DNA of 64,000 bases, from contig JBKBRF010000017.1 of assembly GCA_046292385.1 (NCBI GenBank), positions 61,360 to 125,359 of the forward strand, given 5' to 3'. Position 1 is the stretch's first letter. Every line of letters starts with the position of its first letter. This DNA is from Armatimonadota bacterium. Lineage in GTDB: Bacteria > Armatimonadota > SYMT01. Shown in pieces: positions 29,121 to 37,544 of this stretch. A model generated the notes under the pieces. That model was given only the letters and a program-made list of their open reading frames with translations. It did not search any database and was not told the origin of the DNA. The position numbers and the translations under genes were made by a program.

Positions 29121-29906
29121 TCACGCGGATGCGCCGGTGTAGTAGCGCAGGCCGAAGCGCCAGAACGCGGAGGAGGCGAGCAGCGCGGCGGCGGCGGCCC
29201 CGAGGGCGACCGGCACGAAGTCGGGAGCGAGGCGGCCGGTGAGAGCCTCGGCGGGGACGGTGATGATGAAGACGACCGGCACCACGTAGGTGAGCGCCAT
29301 CCGCAGCCAGTGGGGGTAGATCTCCACCGGGTACCGGCCGGTCTCGAACGCCTGCCAGATGATCTGCTCGATGTTCTCCAGCCGCACCACCCAGAAGGTG
29401 AGGGTCACCAGCACCAGCCAGAAGCTGTAGATCACCGCCAGGCCGGCGGCGAGGGTGACGGCGAAGGTCCCGGCCTGCGCCCAGCCGACGGAGAGCGCCA
29501 GCCGCTGCACGCAGTAGACCGCCAGCGCGCCGCCGATGAGCAGGTTGGAGGCGCGCCAGATGTTGAGCGTGCGGAACGTCGCCATGAACTGGGAGCTGAC
29601 CGGCTTCATCAGGACGAAGTCGAGCGTTCCCTCCCGCACCTGGTTCATGATCTCGCGCATGTTCGGCGCGATGAACGTCTCGATCAGCCCGTCCATCAGG
29701 TAGTAGATGGAGAGGAGTACCAGCGCCTCCGCGAAGCTCCAGCCCTTGATCTCCGGCGCGTACTGGTACGCCACCCAGAGGCTGCCCGCCGTGGTGAGCA
29801 GCCCCAGGAGACTCGCGAAGATCCGGGTGAAGAAGTCCGCCCGGTACTCCATATCGGTCTGGATACTGGTGCGGTAGAAGACCCGCAGGAGCTTCAGGAA
29901 AAACAT
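29121..29906 (-). CDS. ABC-2 family permease (DUF990 type)
   Basis: MEYRADF, VREGTLDFVLMKPVSSQF and GRYPVEIYP motifs. Confidence 0.9.
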   Translation of the reverse strand: MFFLKLLRVFYRTSIQTDMEYRADFFTRIFASLLGLLTTAGSLWVAYQYAPEIKGWSFAEALVLLSIYYLMDGLIETFIAPNMREIMNQVREGTLDFVLMKPVSSQFMATFRTLNIWRASNLLIGGALAVYCVQRLALSVGWAQAGTFAVTLAAGLAVIYSFWLVLVTLTFWVVRLENIEQIIWQAFETGRYPVEIYPHWLRMALTYVVPVVFIITVPAEALTGRLAPDFVPVALGAAAAALLASSAFWRFGLRYYTGASA

Positions 29907-29914
29907 CGTGGGCT

Positions 29915-30016
29915 AGAAGAAAGAAGAGAGAAGAAAGAAGAAGGATGCTCTCCGGGGACCTTCACTCTCGCGTCGCAGCGGTTCCGAATTCATCCCTCAT
30001 CGTTCATCCCTCATCC
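29915..30016. repeat. Heptamer-armed intergenic repeat (AGAAGAA... / TTCATCC...) inside the ABC-2 operon
   Basis: Purine 7-mers at 29915-29947 and four (T/C)TCATCC units at 29989-30016. Confidence 0.65.
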
Positions 30017-30024
30017 CTCCGAGG

Positions 30025-30879
30025 TTATGCGCCGACCGCCGAGTACTGCCGGACCCCCGCGCTCCAGACCACCTTCAGCAGCAGGAGGGAGACGCCGAGC
30101 CAGGCGAGCTGGAGCAGGAAGCCGGGCAGGATCTCCGCGGCGGGGACGCGGCCCAGCGCCAGCTCGACCGGAAACGCCCCCATCGCGCGGAACGGCGAGT
30201 AGTAGGCGAACGCCGCCAGGGCTCCCGGCAGCAGCGAGAGCGGCGCCACGCGGCCGGAGAGGAAGGCGTCGAGCGTGAAGTAGAGCTGGTTGATTGCCTC
30301 CACGCGAGTGGTCCAGAATGCCAGCGCGGCGAGGGCGTACTGCAGCACGTAGCGCATCACCCCCGCCAGCAGGAGCGCGGGGACGGCGAGGACGAGGCCG
30401 GTCCACCCCTCCGGCGCCGCGGGGCGCAGCAGCACGATCAGCAGCAGCCAGATCGGCAGCAGCATGGAGCTGGTCACCACCTTGAAGCTGAGGTTGTGGG
30501 CGGCGTCGCGGTGGATCGGGTGGATCGGCTTCAGGAGCTGCGCGGAGAGCTGGCCGGAGCGCACGCGGAAGGCGAACTCGAACGCATCCCACGACATCGT
30601 GAGATGACTGAAGATCATAAAGGTGAGGAAGTAGGCGGCGAAGTCGGCCCGCGCGAACTCCTCCGCGGAGCCGGGCGCGCTCACCGGCCCTCCCCGCGCC
30701 GCCGCGGCCGCCGTCCAGACAGCCAGGGAGACGAGCGGCCCCACGAAGCCCCACACGCCCCAGATCAGCACCGCGAACCGGTACTGCAGCATCAGCGCCA
30801 TTCCGACCTTGAGCTGTGCCCGGTAGGTGTCGAAGTAGTAGCGGAGGTCCCAGCTCCCCGCGGCGAAGCGCCGGCTCAC
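30025..30879 (-). CDS. ABC-2 family permease (DUF990 type)
   Basis: LQYR, VRSGQLSAQLLKPIHP and FLSG..APLSLLP motifs. Confidence 0.9.
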   Translation of the reverse strand: MSRRFAAGSWDLRYYFDTYRAQLKVGMALMLQYRFAVLIWGVWGFVGPLVSLAVWTAAAAARGGPVSAPGSAEEFARADFAAYFLTFMIFSHLTMSWDAFEFAFRVRSGQLSAQLLKPIHPIHRDAAHNLSFKVVTSSMLLPIWLLLIVLLRPAAPEGWTGLVLAVPALLLAGVMRYVLQYALAALAFWTTRVEAINQLYFTLDAFLSGRVAPLSLLPGALAAFAYYSPFRAMGAFPVELALGRVPAAEILPGFLLQLAWLGVSLLLLKVVWSAGVRQYSAVGA

Positions 30880-31907
30880 GGCGCTACCTCCGCCGGCTGC
30901 CGCGCGGCCTCGGAGTCGGCGGGAGGCTCCTCTCCGGTGCTCTTGAAGATCTGCTCGATCACCTCTTCCACCGGCGGGTCCTCCACCGTCAGGTCGATCA
31001 CCGGGATCTCGGAGAGGAGCCGCGCCACGGTGGCGGAGGTCTCCGCCTTCGGGACGCGGAGCTTCACCTTCAGCTCCTCGCGCTCCACCACTTCGCCCAG
31101 CTCCTCCGCGCGTTTTGCGGCTTCCGGCGTCTCCACGTCGAGCCGGACCAGCTTGAACGGCGCGATCCGCTCTCCCAGGCCGGAGAGGGAGCCGTCGTAG
31201 ACCAGCCGCCCGTGGTGGATCACGATCACCCGCTTACAGAGCGCCGTCACGTCCGCCATGTAGTGGCTGGTCAGCAGCACGGTCGCCCCGTGGGCGCGGT
31301 TGTACTCCGCGATGAACTGGCGGATCCGCCCCTGCATGGTGACGTCGACGCCGAGGGTCGGCTCGTCGAGGAACAGGATCTCCGGCCGGTGCAGCAGCGC
31401 CGCGGCGAGCTCGCACTTCATCCGCTCGCCGAGTGAGAGGCTGCGGACCTGCTTCTTCAGCAGCGCTCCCAGGTCGAGCAGCTCTACCAGCTCGTTCAGG
31501 GTCGCCTTGAACTCCGGCTCCGGGATCTGGTAGACCGCCTGGTTCACCAGGAACGAGTCGAGCGCGGGGATGTCCCAGGCCAGCTGGTTCCGGTTCCCCA
31601 TCACCAGGCTGATCCGGCGCAGGTAGTCCCGCTCCCGCTGCCACGGCACGTAGCCCATCACCCGCGCCTCTCCGGCGGTCGGGTGGAGCAGGCCGGAGAG
31701 CATCTTCAGGGTGGTCGTCTTCCCCGCGCCGTTGGGGCCCAGGAATCCCACCACTTCCCCCGGCTGCAGCGAGAAGGTGACGCCCTTGACCGCCTCGACG
31801 CTCTTGTAGGTGCGCCGGAACAGGCTGCGAATGGAGGCCTTCACGCCCGCCTCCCGCTCGTGGACGCGGTAGGTCTTGGTGAGTTGGGTCAGCTCGATCT
31901 GCGGCAT
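30876..31907 (-). CDS. ABC transporter ATP-binding protein
   Basis: GPNGAGKTT, LSLGERMKCE, FLDEPT and LLTSHYM motifs. Confidence 0.93.
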   Translation of the reverse strand: MPQIELTQLTKTYRVHEREAGVKASIRSLFRRTYKSVEAVKGVTFSLQPGEVVGFLGPNGAGKTTTLKMLSGLLHPTAGEARVMGYVPWQRERDYLRRISLVMGNRNQLAWDIPALDSFLVNQAVYQIPEPEFKATLNELVELLDLGALLKKQVRSLSLGERMKCELAAALLHRPEILFLDEPTLGVDVTMQGRIRQFIAEYNRAHGATVLLTSHYMADVTALCKRVIVIHHGRLVYDGSLSGLGERIAPFKLVRLDVETPEAAKRAEELGEVVEREELKVKLRVPKAETSATVARLLSEIPVIDLTVEDPPVEEVIEQIFKSTGEEPPADSEAARQPAEVAP

Positions 31908-31935
31908 GGCGGCCTTGCTTCCGGGAAGGAGAGAA

Positions 31936-31967
31936 GGAGAGACGGAGAGACGGAGAGACGGAGAGAC
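31936..31967. repeat. Tandem octamer repeat (GGAGAGAC)x4
   Basis: Directly visible upstream of the ABC ATPase start. Confidence 0.8.
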
Positions 31968-32168
31968 GGACCGCGTCTCGAAAGGTGGAACTAAAGTTAC
32001 CAGATGGGGTTCATCACCCGGGTGCTTGCCCCCTCCTCGCCGTGCGATCGATCTCAGCCGCGGAGGCGTACGGGACTTCGCTCCCGGCCGCGCCGGGCTC
32101 CTCGCGCGTCGAGGTCCGCACTGGCGTGCCGGACCCCTCTATCTTTGCACCGGCGAGATGAAGCGGAA

Positions 32169-32197
32169 AGGGCCGCACCCGGCTGGGGTGCGGCCCT
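32169..32197 (-). terminator. Terminator-like hairpin downstream of the yciF-like gene
   Basis: agggccgcaccc pairs with gggtgcggccct. Confidence 0.7.
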
Positions 32198-32224
32198 GAC
32201 TGACTCTACGGATGCCGGCGCGCG

Positions 32225-32728
32225 CTACGCGGCCTTCTGCATCTGGGCGTCCTTGTTGATGTGCTTCTCGGCGAGCATCGTCAGCTTCTTGTCGGTCTCG
32301 CCCTCTTCATCGAGAGTCTGCTGCAGAAGCCGGGCGGCCTGCTTCTCGCCCAGCAGGTTGGCCCAGGTGCGGCAGGTGCCGTAGCCGGCCATTTCGTAGT
32401 GCTCCACGCGCTGGGCGGCGGAGATGAGCGCGGCGTCCAGGACCTCCGGATCGCTGATCTCCTTCATCATCTCCTCGCCCTCGCTCAGGAGCCCCTTCAG
32501 ACCCTTGCAGGTCTTGCGAGTCGCCTTCTCGTCCATCTGCTCGAAGACCTGCTCCAGCCGCTTGATCTGTCCTTCGGTCTGGGTCCGGTGCTGGTCGAAC
32601 GCCATCTTCAGGTCGTTGGACGAGGCCTTCTTGGACATCTTCTCCAGCGCCTGGACGATCTGGTGCTCGGCGTCGTAGAGGTCCTTCATCTCGTCAATCA
32701 GAAGCTCGCGCAGATTGGTCGGTTCCAT
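32225..32728 (-). CDS. yciF: Ferritin-like DUF892 (YciE/YciF) stress protein
   Basis: KDLYDAEHQI, QIKRLEQVF, DAALISAAQRVEHYEMAGYGT and TLDEE..TDKKL motifs. Confidence 0.9.
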   Translation of the reverse strand: MEPTNLRELLIDEMKDLYDAEHQIVQALEKMSKKASSNDLKMAFDQHRTQTEGQIKRLEQVFEQMDEKATRKTCKGLKGLLSEGEEMMKEISDPEVLDAALISAAQRVEHYEMAGYGTCRTWANLLGEKQAARLLQQTLDEEGETDKKLTMLAEKHINKDAQMQKAA

Positions 32729-32774
32729 GGTGCTCTCCTTTCGCGAGCCGGGCAGTCACCCGGCCAAAAGGTGG

Positions 32775-32799
32775 TACCCGCCGCCTTCGGCATGGAAAC
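32775..32799 (-). promoter_or_regulatory. SigB/SigF-type general stress promoter
   Basis: On the minus strand, GTTT-N16-GGGTA lies upstream of yciF. Confidence 0.55.
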
Positions 32800-32852
32800 G
32801 ATCCGAGGGGCCAATCTGGACCGGTCTCCGGGCGGACCGGCGTCGCGCGGCT

Positions 32853-34013
32853 TTAGCCCTCCTCCGCCGCGCGCGGCGCCAGCTCGTGACGGTCGAACTC
32901 ACGGCCCCGATCGTCCAGGTGCCGCAGGACTGCGTGGTCCCCTTCGATTCGAAGGAAGGTGATCCCGTACCTGCCGTCCTGCCGGGCGGCGGTCCGGGCG
33001 TCCGACGGGCCCTCGAACGGATAGAGGCGGGCGCCGCCGTTTCCGGAGACGACGTAGGTAACGCCGTTGATCGGGTGGAGCCGCTGGTAGTTGTGGTCGT
33101 GACCGGCGAAGACCAGGTCGACCCCCTGGCGCTCGAAGACGGGAGCAAGCCCGCTCCGCAGCTTCTCACTGTCGCCGTGGTCGCCGCCGCTGTAGATCGG
33201 GTTGTGCATGAAGACCAGCTTCCAGCGGGCGGCGGTCGCCTGCAGGTCGTCCCGCAGCCAGGGGCGGACCACGTTCCGCAGCGTCGGCAGGTCGAGGCTG
33301 GCATCTAGCACCACGCAGTGGGCGGAGCCGTAATCGAACGAATAGTTGCGGTGCGGCGGCAGCCCGGGAGGGCCGTTTTCCGGCGTGGCGGAGGCGCGCT
33401 GGAGCGGCAGCCCGTCGTCCGCGGCGAGGTCGTGGTTGCCGAAGACGTGCCACACCACGTGCGAATCGGCGTAGCGGGCCAGCGGCCGGAAGAAGCAGGA
33501 AGTCAGCGTTCTCTCGCTGGCGGTGGGGTACCCGAGGTCGCCGAGAGCGACCGCAAAGTCCGGGTTCTCCTTCTGCAGCACGCGGATCACCGCTTCCTGG
33601 GGAGGGCCGCACTGTCCCACGTCGCCCCACGCCGCCAGGGTAAACGGCGAGCCGTCCGCGGGGCGGGTGCGGAAGCGCGTCCACCTGGAGCGGCCGCGGT
33701 CCGTACGGACCCGGTACTCGTAGCGGCGGCCCGGCTCCAGGCCGGGCAGGGTCACCTGGTGGCGGAGCCGGCGGCCGGGGAGCCGCACCGTCCGCGCGCC
33801 TCCCTCACCCACCGGCCGCACCCACGCCTGGGTTTGCTGCCGCCGCTGGGTGGTCCAGCAGACGGTCATGGAGGTGCCGCGGTCGTCCTGCAGATAGGGC
33901 GCGCGGGGGCCCGGCGGAGCGGTGTCCGCCGGGGGCGGCACCAGGCTGAATGAGGCGGCCAGGGCCGCGCCTGCCGCGAGCGCGGTGATACGAAGAGAGG
34001 TGCGGAGCTTCAT
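32853..34013 (-). CDS. Secreted metallophosphoesterase with FN3-like N-domain (purple acid phosphatase-like)
   Basis: GD, GDLGY, GNHD, FMH.P and GHDHNY motifs. Confidence 0.9.
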   Translation of the reverse strand: MKLRTSLRITALAAGAALAASFSLVPPPADTAPPGPRAPYLQDDRGTSMTVCWTTQRRQQTQAWVRPVGEGGARTVRLPGRRLRHQVTLPGLEPGRRYEYRVRTDRGRSRWTRFRTRPADGSPFTLAAWGDVGQCGPPQEAVIRVLQKENPDFAVALGDLGYPTASERTLTSCFFRPLARYADSHVVWHVFGNHDLAADDGLPLQRASATPENGPPGLPPHRNYSFDYGSAHCVVLDASLDLPTLRNVVRPWLRDDLQATAARWKLVFMHNPIYSGGDHGDSEKLRSGLAPVFERQGVDLVFAGHDHNYQRLHPINGVTYVVSGNGGARLYPFEGPSDARTAARQDGRYGITFLRIEGDHAVLRHLDDRGREFDRHELAPRAAEEG

Positions 34014-34052
34014 CGGGAGTGGGATGGGGCGGGGGCGATCCCCCGCCCGTTA

Positions 34053-34216
34053 GAGCCTATCCGAACCGGCCTGCCTGGCTGCAGCCGGCTGTGAGCCGAC
34101 CATGCGTCGTCCGGAGCGGGGGTCCGGCCATGCTTCGAGGCCGCATCCCCGCTCCCTCCTAGCCTGCTCGCCTCTCGCTCGGCTTCGCTAGCAACCGAGT
34201 CTGTTCGGATAGGCTC
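34053..34216. mobile_element. MITE, 164 bp, with IS5-family-like ends
   Basis: Perfect 14-bp TIRs GAGCCTATCCGAAC / GTTCGGATAGGCTC, flanked by a TTA direct repeat at 34050-52 and 34217-19. No ORF inside. Confidence 0.85.
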
Positions 34217-34277
34217 TTAACTTGCCCCTCGCTCCTCTCGGCGCCTCCCTGCCGAGGCCAATCGCTGCCGGGGCCGG

Positions 34278-35345
34278 TTAGAGCACCCGGGTCGGTACCG
34301 GAGGACGCATCGGCGCCGCGGCCGGCGGCTCGCCTCCCGGCACGCCCTGCCGGAGCATGCGGATCGCGCCGACGAACTGGCGTTTCCCCATGTTGTCCTG
34401 GTGCTCTAGCTCCACGAACGCGTAGATCTCCAGCCCGCTCCGCATCACGCGCGCATTGCCGATGACCGCATTCTCCTCCGGATGCTCATCCTCCGGATCC
34501 TCTTCCCGGTCCGGCTGCGGCTTCGCGTTGGGCGCGGGCTTCGGTGAGGGCTTCGGCGCCGGCTTCTGGCCCGGCTGCTTCCCGGGCTTCCCCGCTCCGG
34601 GCTGACCCGCCTCCGGCTTCTCCGGGGTGATCGGGTAGGCCACCAGGTCCGCGTAGTCGAGCGTCGCCGCGCCCCAGGTGCGCTCCTGGTACTGGCGGGT
34701 CTGGAACACGCCGGACGGGGAGGGGTTGGAGTGACTCTGGTGGTCCAGCACGAACTGGGCCGGACCCGAGTAGACGCCGTCGTCGCCCCACTGGGCCCCG
34801 ATTCCGGGCAGGTTCTTCAACTGCAGGGTGCCGCGGGCCGTCTCCGTGTAGTACCGGAGCAGGCCTCGCTTCGACGGGCTCTCCCGCTCGAACGCTTCGA
34901 TCCGGGACGGCTCGAGGTCCTTGATCACGATCTCCGCCTGCTCCAGCTTCCGCCGGAGCTGCGGGGGCAGGTTCGTGATGGCAATCTGCGAGCGGACAGA
35001 CCGGCCTTCGCGATCTTCCCGCGTCTCCCAGAACCCGCCCGGGCTCGCCACCTGGTCGAAGCGATAGGTCCCGGCGAGGCGCTTGAGGCTGACGGGCCAG
35101 ACCGTGCTCGGGTCCATCGGTCGCTTGTCGCCCGGCTGCCCTTCCTCCGGGACGGGCGGCTGCTCCTGCGCCTGGTCGAGCCCGCCCGCGGGCGCTTCCG
35201 GCGTCGAGTCGGCCTGCGCGCGGACCGAATAGAGGCCGGCGCCGGAGGTCAGAAGGATCGCCAGGGCGATCAGCGTCAGATGCCAGATTCTCACCGCAAC
35301 TCTCCGAGCGGGCCGAGTGCCACGCGTGGCGCCAACCGGTTTCAT
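34278..35345 (-). CDS. Hypothetical exported protein
   Basis: GGAGG RBS, N-terminal hydrophobic segment and a Pro/Lys-rich insert. No family recognised. Confidence 0.7.
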   Translation of the reverse strand: MKPVGATRGTRPARRVAVRIWHLTLIALAILLTSGAGLYSVRAQADSTPEAPAGGLDQAQEQPPVPEEGQPGDKRPMDPSTVWPVSLKRLAGTYRFDQVASPGGFWETREDREGRSVRSQIAITNLPPQLRRKLEQAEIVIKDLEPSRIEAFERESPSKRGLLRYYTETARGTLQLKNLPGIGAQWGDDGVYSGPAQFVLDHQSHSNPSPSGVFQTRQYQERTWGAATLDYADLVAYPITPEKPEAGQPGAGKPGKQPGQKPAPKPSPKPAPNAKPQPDREEDPEDEHPEENAVIGNARVMRSGLEIYAFVELEHQDNMGKRQFVGAIRMLRQGVPGGEPPAAAPMRPPVPTRVL

Positions 35346-35509
35346 AGCAACCCTCCCCCAGGAAGTACCCCGTTAAACAAATGCAGCCGCTCGGTGCGGT
35401 GGCGGTCCCGGATGCAAAGCAGTTCACCGCGATAGCGCCGCTCCCTGCCCCGCGGGAGGAAGCTCCTTCCGCCACAACGTATAGCTCGTGGGAGTAAACT
35501 GAGCCAGCC

Positions 35510-36136
35510 ATGTCCCTCCGGATCAAGATCTGCGGCATCACGAACCTGGCCGATGCGCTGGCGGCGGTCGACGCCGGGGCGGATGCCCTCGGCTTCGTCT
35601 TCGCTCCCAGCCCCCGACACATCACTCCCGCGCAGGCCGCCGAGGTGGTGCGGGAGCTGCCGCCGTTCGTCACCACGGTGGGACTGGTGGTCGATCAGGA
35701 CCCGCGGCCGATCCTGGCGGAGTGCCCGCTCGACGTAATCCAGTACCACGGCACCGAGCTCCCGGGATTGATTCGGATGGTCGGCCACCGCGCGGTCAAG
35801 GCGTTCCGCGTGCGGGACGAGGCCGACCTGGCCCAGCTCGACGGCTACGGAAGCGCAGCGGCGTTCCTGCTCGACGCCTACGTCCCCGGCATCCCGGGCG
35901 GCACCGGCCAGCGTTTTCCGTGGGAGCTCGCCGCTCGCGCGCGGCGGTTCGGCAAGCCGGTGATCGTGGCCGGCGGGCTCACGCCGGAGAACGTGGCGCT
36001 CTGCGTGGAGACCACGCGCCCGTACGGGGTCGACGTCTCCAGCGGCGTCGAGGCGGCACCCGGCCGTAAAGACGCCGCGAAGGTCCGCGCCTTCATCGCC
36101 GCCGCCCGCCGCGCCGCCTCCGCGCTCGATTCCTGA
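35510..36136 (+). CDS. trpF: Phosphoribosylanthranilate isomerase
   Basis: IKICGIT, GADALGFVF, GGTG..FPW, AGGLTPENV and GVDVSSGVE motifs. Confidence 0.95.
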   Translation: MSLRIKICGITNLADALAAVDAGADALGFVFAPSPRHITPAQAAEVVRELPPFVTTVGLVVDQDPRPILAECPLDVIQYHGTELPGLIRMVGHRAVKAFRVRDEADLAQLDGYGSAAAFLLDAYVPGIPGGTGQRFPWELAARARRFGKPVIVAGGLTPENVALCVETTRPYGVDVSSGVEAAPGRKDAAKVRAFIAAARRAASALDS

Positions 36137-36212
36137 GCGTCACCCCGCCCCAGCCCGGGTAGACCTCCTCGGGTGGGCCCACTCCCGACCGCCCGCCCGG
36201 AGGAGTAGTAGG

Positions 36213-36779
36213 ATGTCGATTCCCTCGAACGGACTGCGCGTGGCCGCGCTGGTGGCGGACGGCTTCGAGCAGGTGGAGCTGACAGAGCCGATGCAGGCGC
36301 TGGAGCGTGCCGGCGCCCAGGTGGAGATCGTCTCGCTCAAGCCCGGTGAGGTGCAGGGCTTCAACCACTTCGATCGGGCCGACCGCTTCCCCGTAGACGA
36401 AACGGTCGACCGTGCCGACCCCGCCAGCTACGACGCATTACTGGTTCCCGGCGGCGCGCACAGCCCGGACCAGCTTCGCGCCAGCGAGGAAGCGCTGGAG
36501 TTCGTACGCCACTTCGACCGCGAGCAGAAGCCGATCGCGGTGATCTGCCACGGCCCCTGGGTGCTCGTCTCCGCCGGCGTGGCGCGCGGCCGGAACCTGA
36601 CGAGCTACCACACGATCAAGGACGACCTGGTGAACGCCGGCGCCAACTGGGAAGACCGCGCGCCGATCTGCGACGACAACCTGGTGACCGCCCGCAGCCC
36701 GGACGACATTCCCGCCTTCAACGACGCGATGCTGAGCCTCTTCGGCCTCGCCCAATCCGCGGGGAGGCGAGCCGCCTGA
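36213..36779 (+). CDS. pfpI: PfpI/DJ-1 family (type 1 glutamine amidotransferase-like) protein
   Basis: DGFEQVEL, YDALLVPGG, AVICHGPW and LVTAR.PDD motifs. Confidence 0.9.
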   Translation: MSIPSNGLRVAALVADGFEQVELTEPMQALERAGAQVEIVSLKPGEVQGFNHFDRADRFPVDETVDRADPASYDALLVPGGAHSPDQLRASEEALEFVRHFDREQKPIAVICHGPWVLVSAGVARGRNLTSYHTIKDDLVNAGANWEDRAPICDDNLVTARSPDDIPAFNDAMLSLFGLAQSAGRRAA

Positions 36780-36929
36780 GGAGACTGAGAGGGGGAGTGG
36801 GAGCAAGGGGGAGTGGGAGACTCGTCCGAACGGAGAGTCGGACCCACCTCCCCCTCTGCTGCCAAACGTCTGGACCAGGCGGGCGCGAAGATTCCGACAG
36901 TGGTCGTGTGCATGCTCCAACCCGCGGAG

Positions 36930-37190
36930 CCCGGAGGCGGAGCCGGAGGGATCCACTTGTGAGGCCCCCAGGCGCGGGGGCCTCGCTTGAGCCGGACGGA
37001 GCGGCCCGTGAACCGCCGCTATGATCAAGCCGAAGCACTCGGACGCGGAGCAAAGGCTGCCGGGGAGTACGCCCGAGCAGTCCGCTAGCGCAGCCCGAAG
37101 GGCGGAGCGTGAAAGGACTGGCGGAGGGCCAAGCTCGCGGGAGGGCCGTTCCGTCCGGGGAGGGCGGGGGGTGGACTTCCGGAGAGATGC
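36930..37190 (+). repeat. Dispersed structured non-coding element, copy A (candidate ncRNA or ssDNA element)
   Basis: Collinear with 44377-44648. 16-bp stem at 36992-37007/37143-37158, with nested cagtcc/ggactg. Confidence 0.85.
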
Positions 37191-37220
37191 TGATTTGGGC
37201 GAGAGAAACCTACCCTGCCG

Positions 37221-37421
37221 CTAACGGGGTCGTTCCCCCACAGGAACCTCCTCCCCATCCTCCTTGATCGCCTCGTCCAGGAGCAGGATCGGGATATCGT
37301 CCCGCACGGGGTAGCTGCGGCGGCAGGCCGCGCAGTAAAGGCGGTCGTCGCCGCGGAGCACCAGCTCTCCCTTACAGGCAGGGCAGGCAAGAATCCGCAA
37401 GAAGTCGGCATCTATCGGCAT
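37221..37421 (-). CDS. Trm112/YcaR family protein
   Basis: ILACPACKGEL...L.C..C...YPVRDDIPILLLDEA motif. Confidence 0.9.
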   Translation of the reverse strand: MPIDADFLRILACPACKGELVLRGDDRLYCAACRRSYPVRDDIPILLLDEAIKEDGEEVPVGERPR

Positions 37422-37434
37422 AGCAGAAACCGGG

Positions 37435-37538
37435 ATGGGAGAACGGGTGGGTGAGCGTTCAACGGGACTGGCCTCGGGCGTGGGTCTCCCACTCGCCCAC
37501 TCCCCCTTGCGCCCACTCCAACCCGAAAGAAGTAGTCG
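37435..37538 (+). repeat. GGGAGA-armed palindromic repeat ending CCGAAAGAAGTAG (copy 2)
   Basis: gtctcccactc...cccttgc.cccactc...ccgaaagaagtag is shared with 27560-27666. Confidence 0.7.
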
Positions 37539-37544
37539 CCCTCG

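Noticed and set aside
35510..36136. Isolated trpF as a sign of an unusual pathway or attenuator
   Set aside because: Dispersed trp genes are common, and I found no Trp-rich leader peptide upstream.
36930..37190. Group II intron remnant (GAGCCG..., GAAAGGACTG and CCGGGGAGG recall intron motifs)
   Set aside because: There is no proper domain V with its bulge, no domain VI and no RT ORF. The resemblance is limited to short motifs, and Infernal would settle it.
37021..37224. Small ORFs within the repeat copies (37021-37224, 44416-44883, 63707-63892) sharing ERTGGGP-like peptides
   Set aside because: Starts, lengths and stops are not conserved between copies. The peptide similarity simply reflects the DNA repeat.
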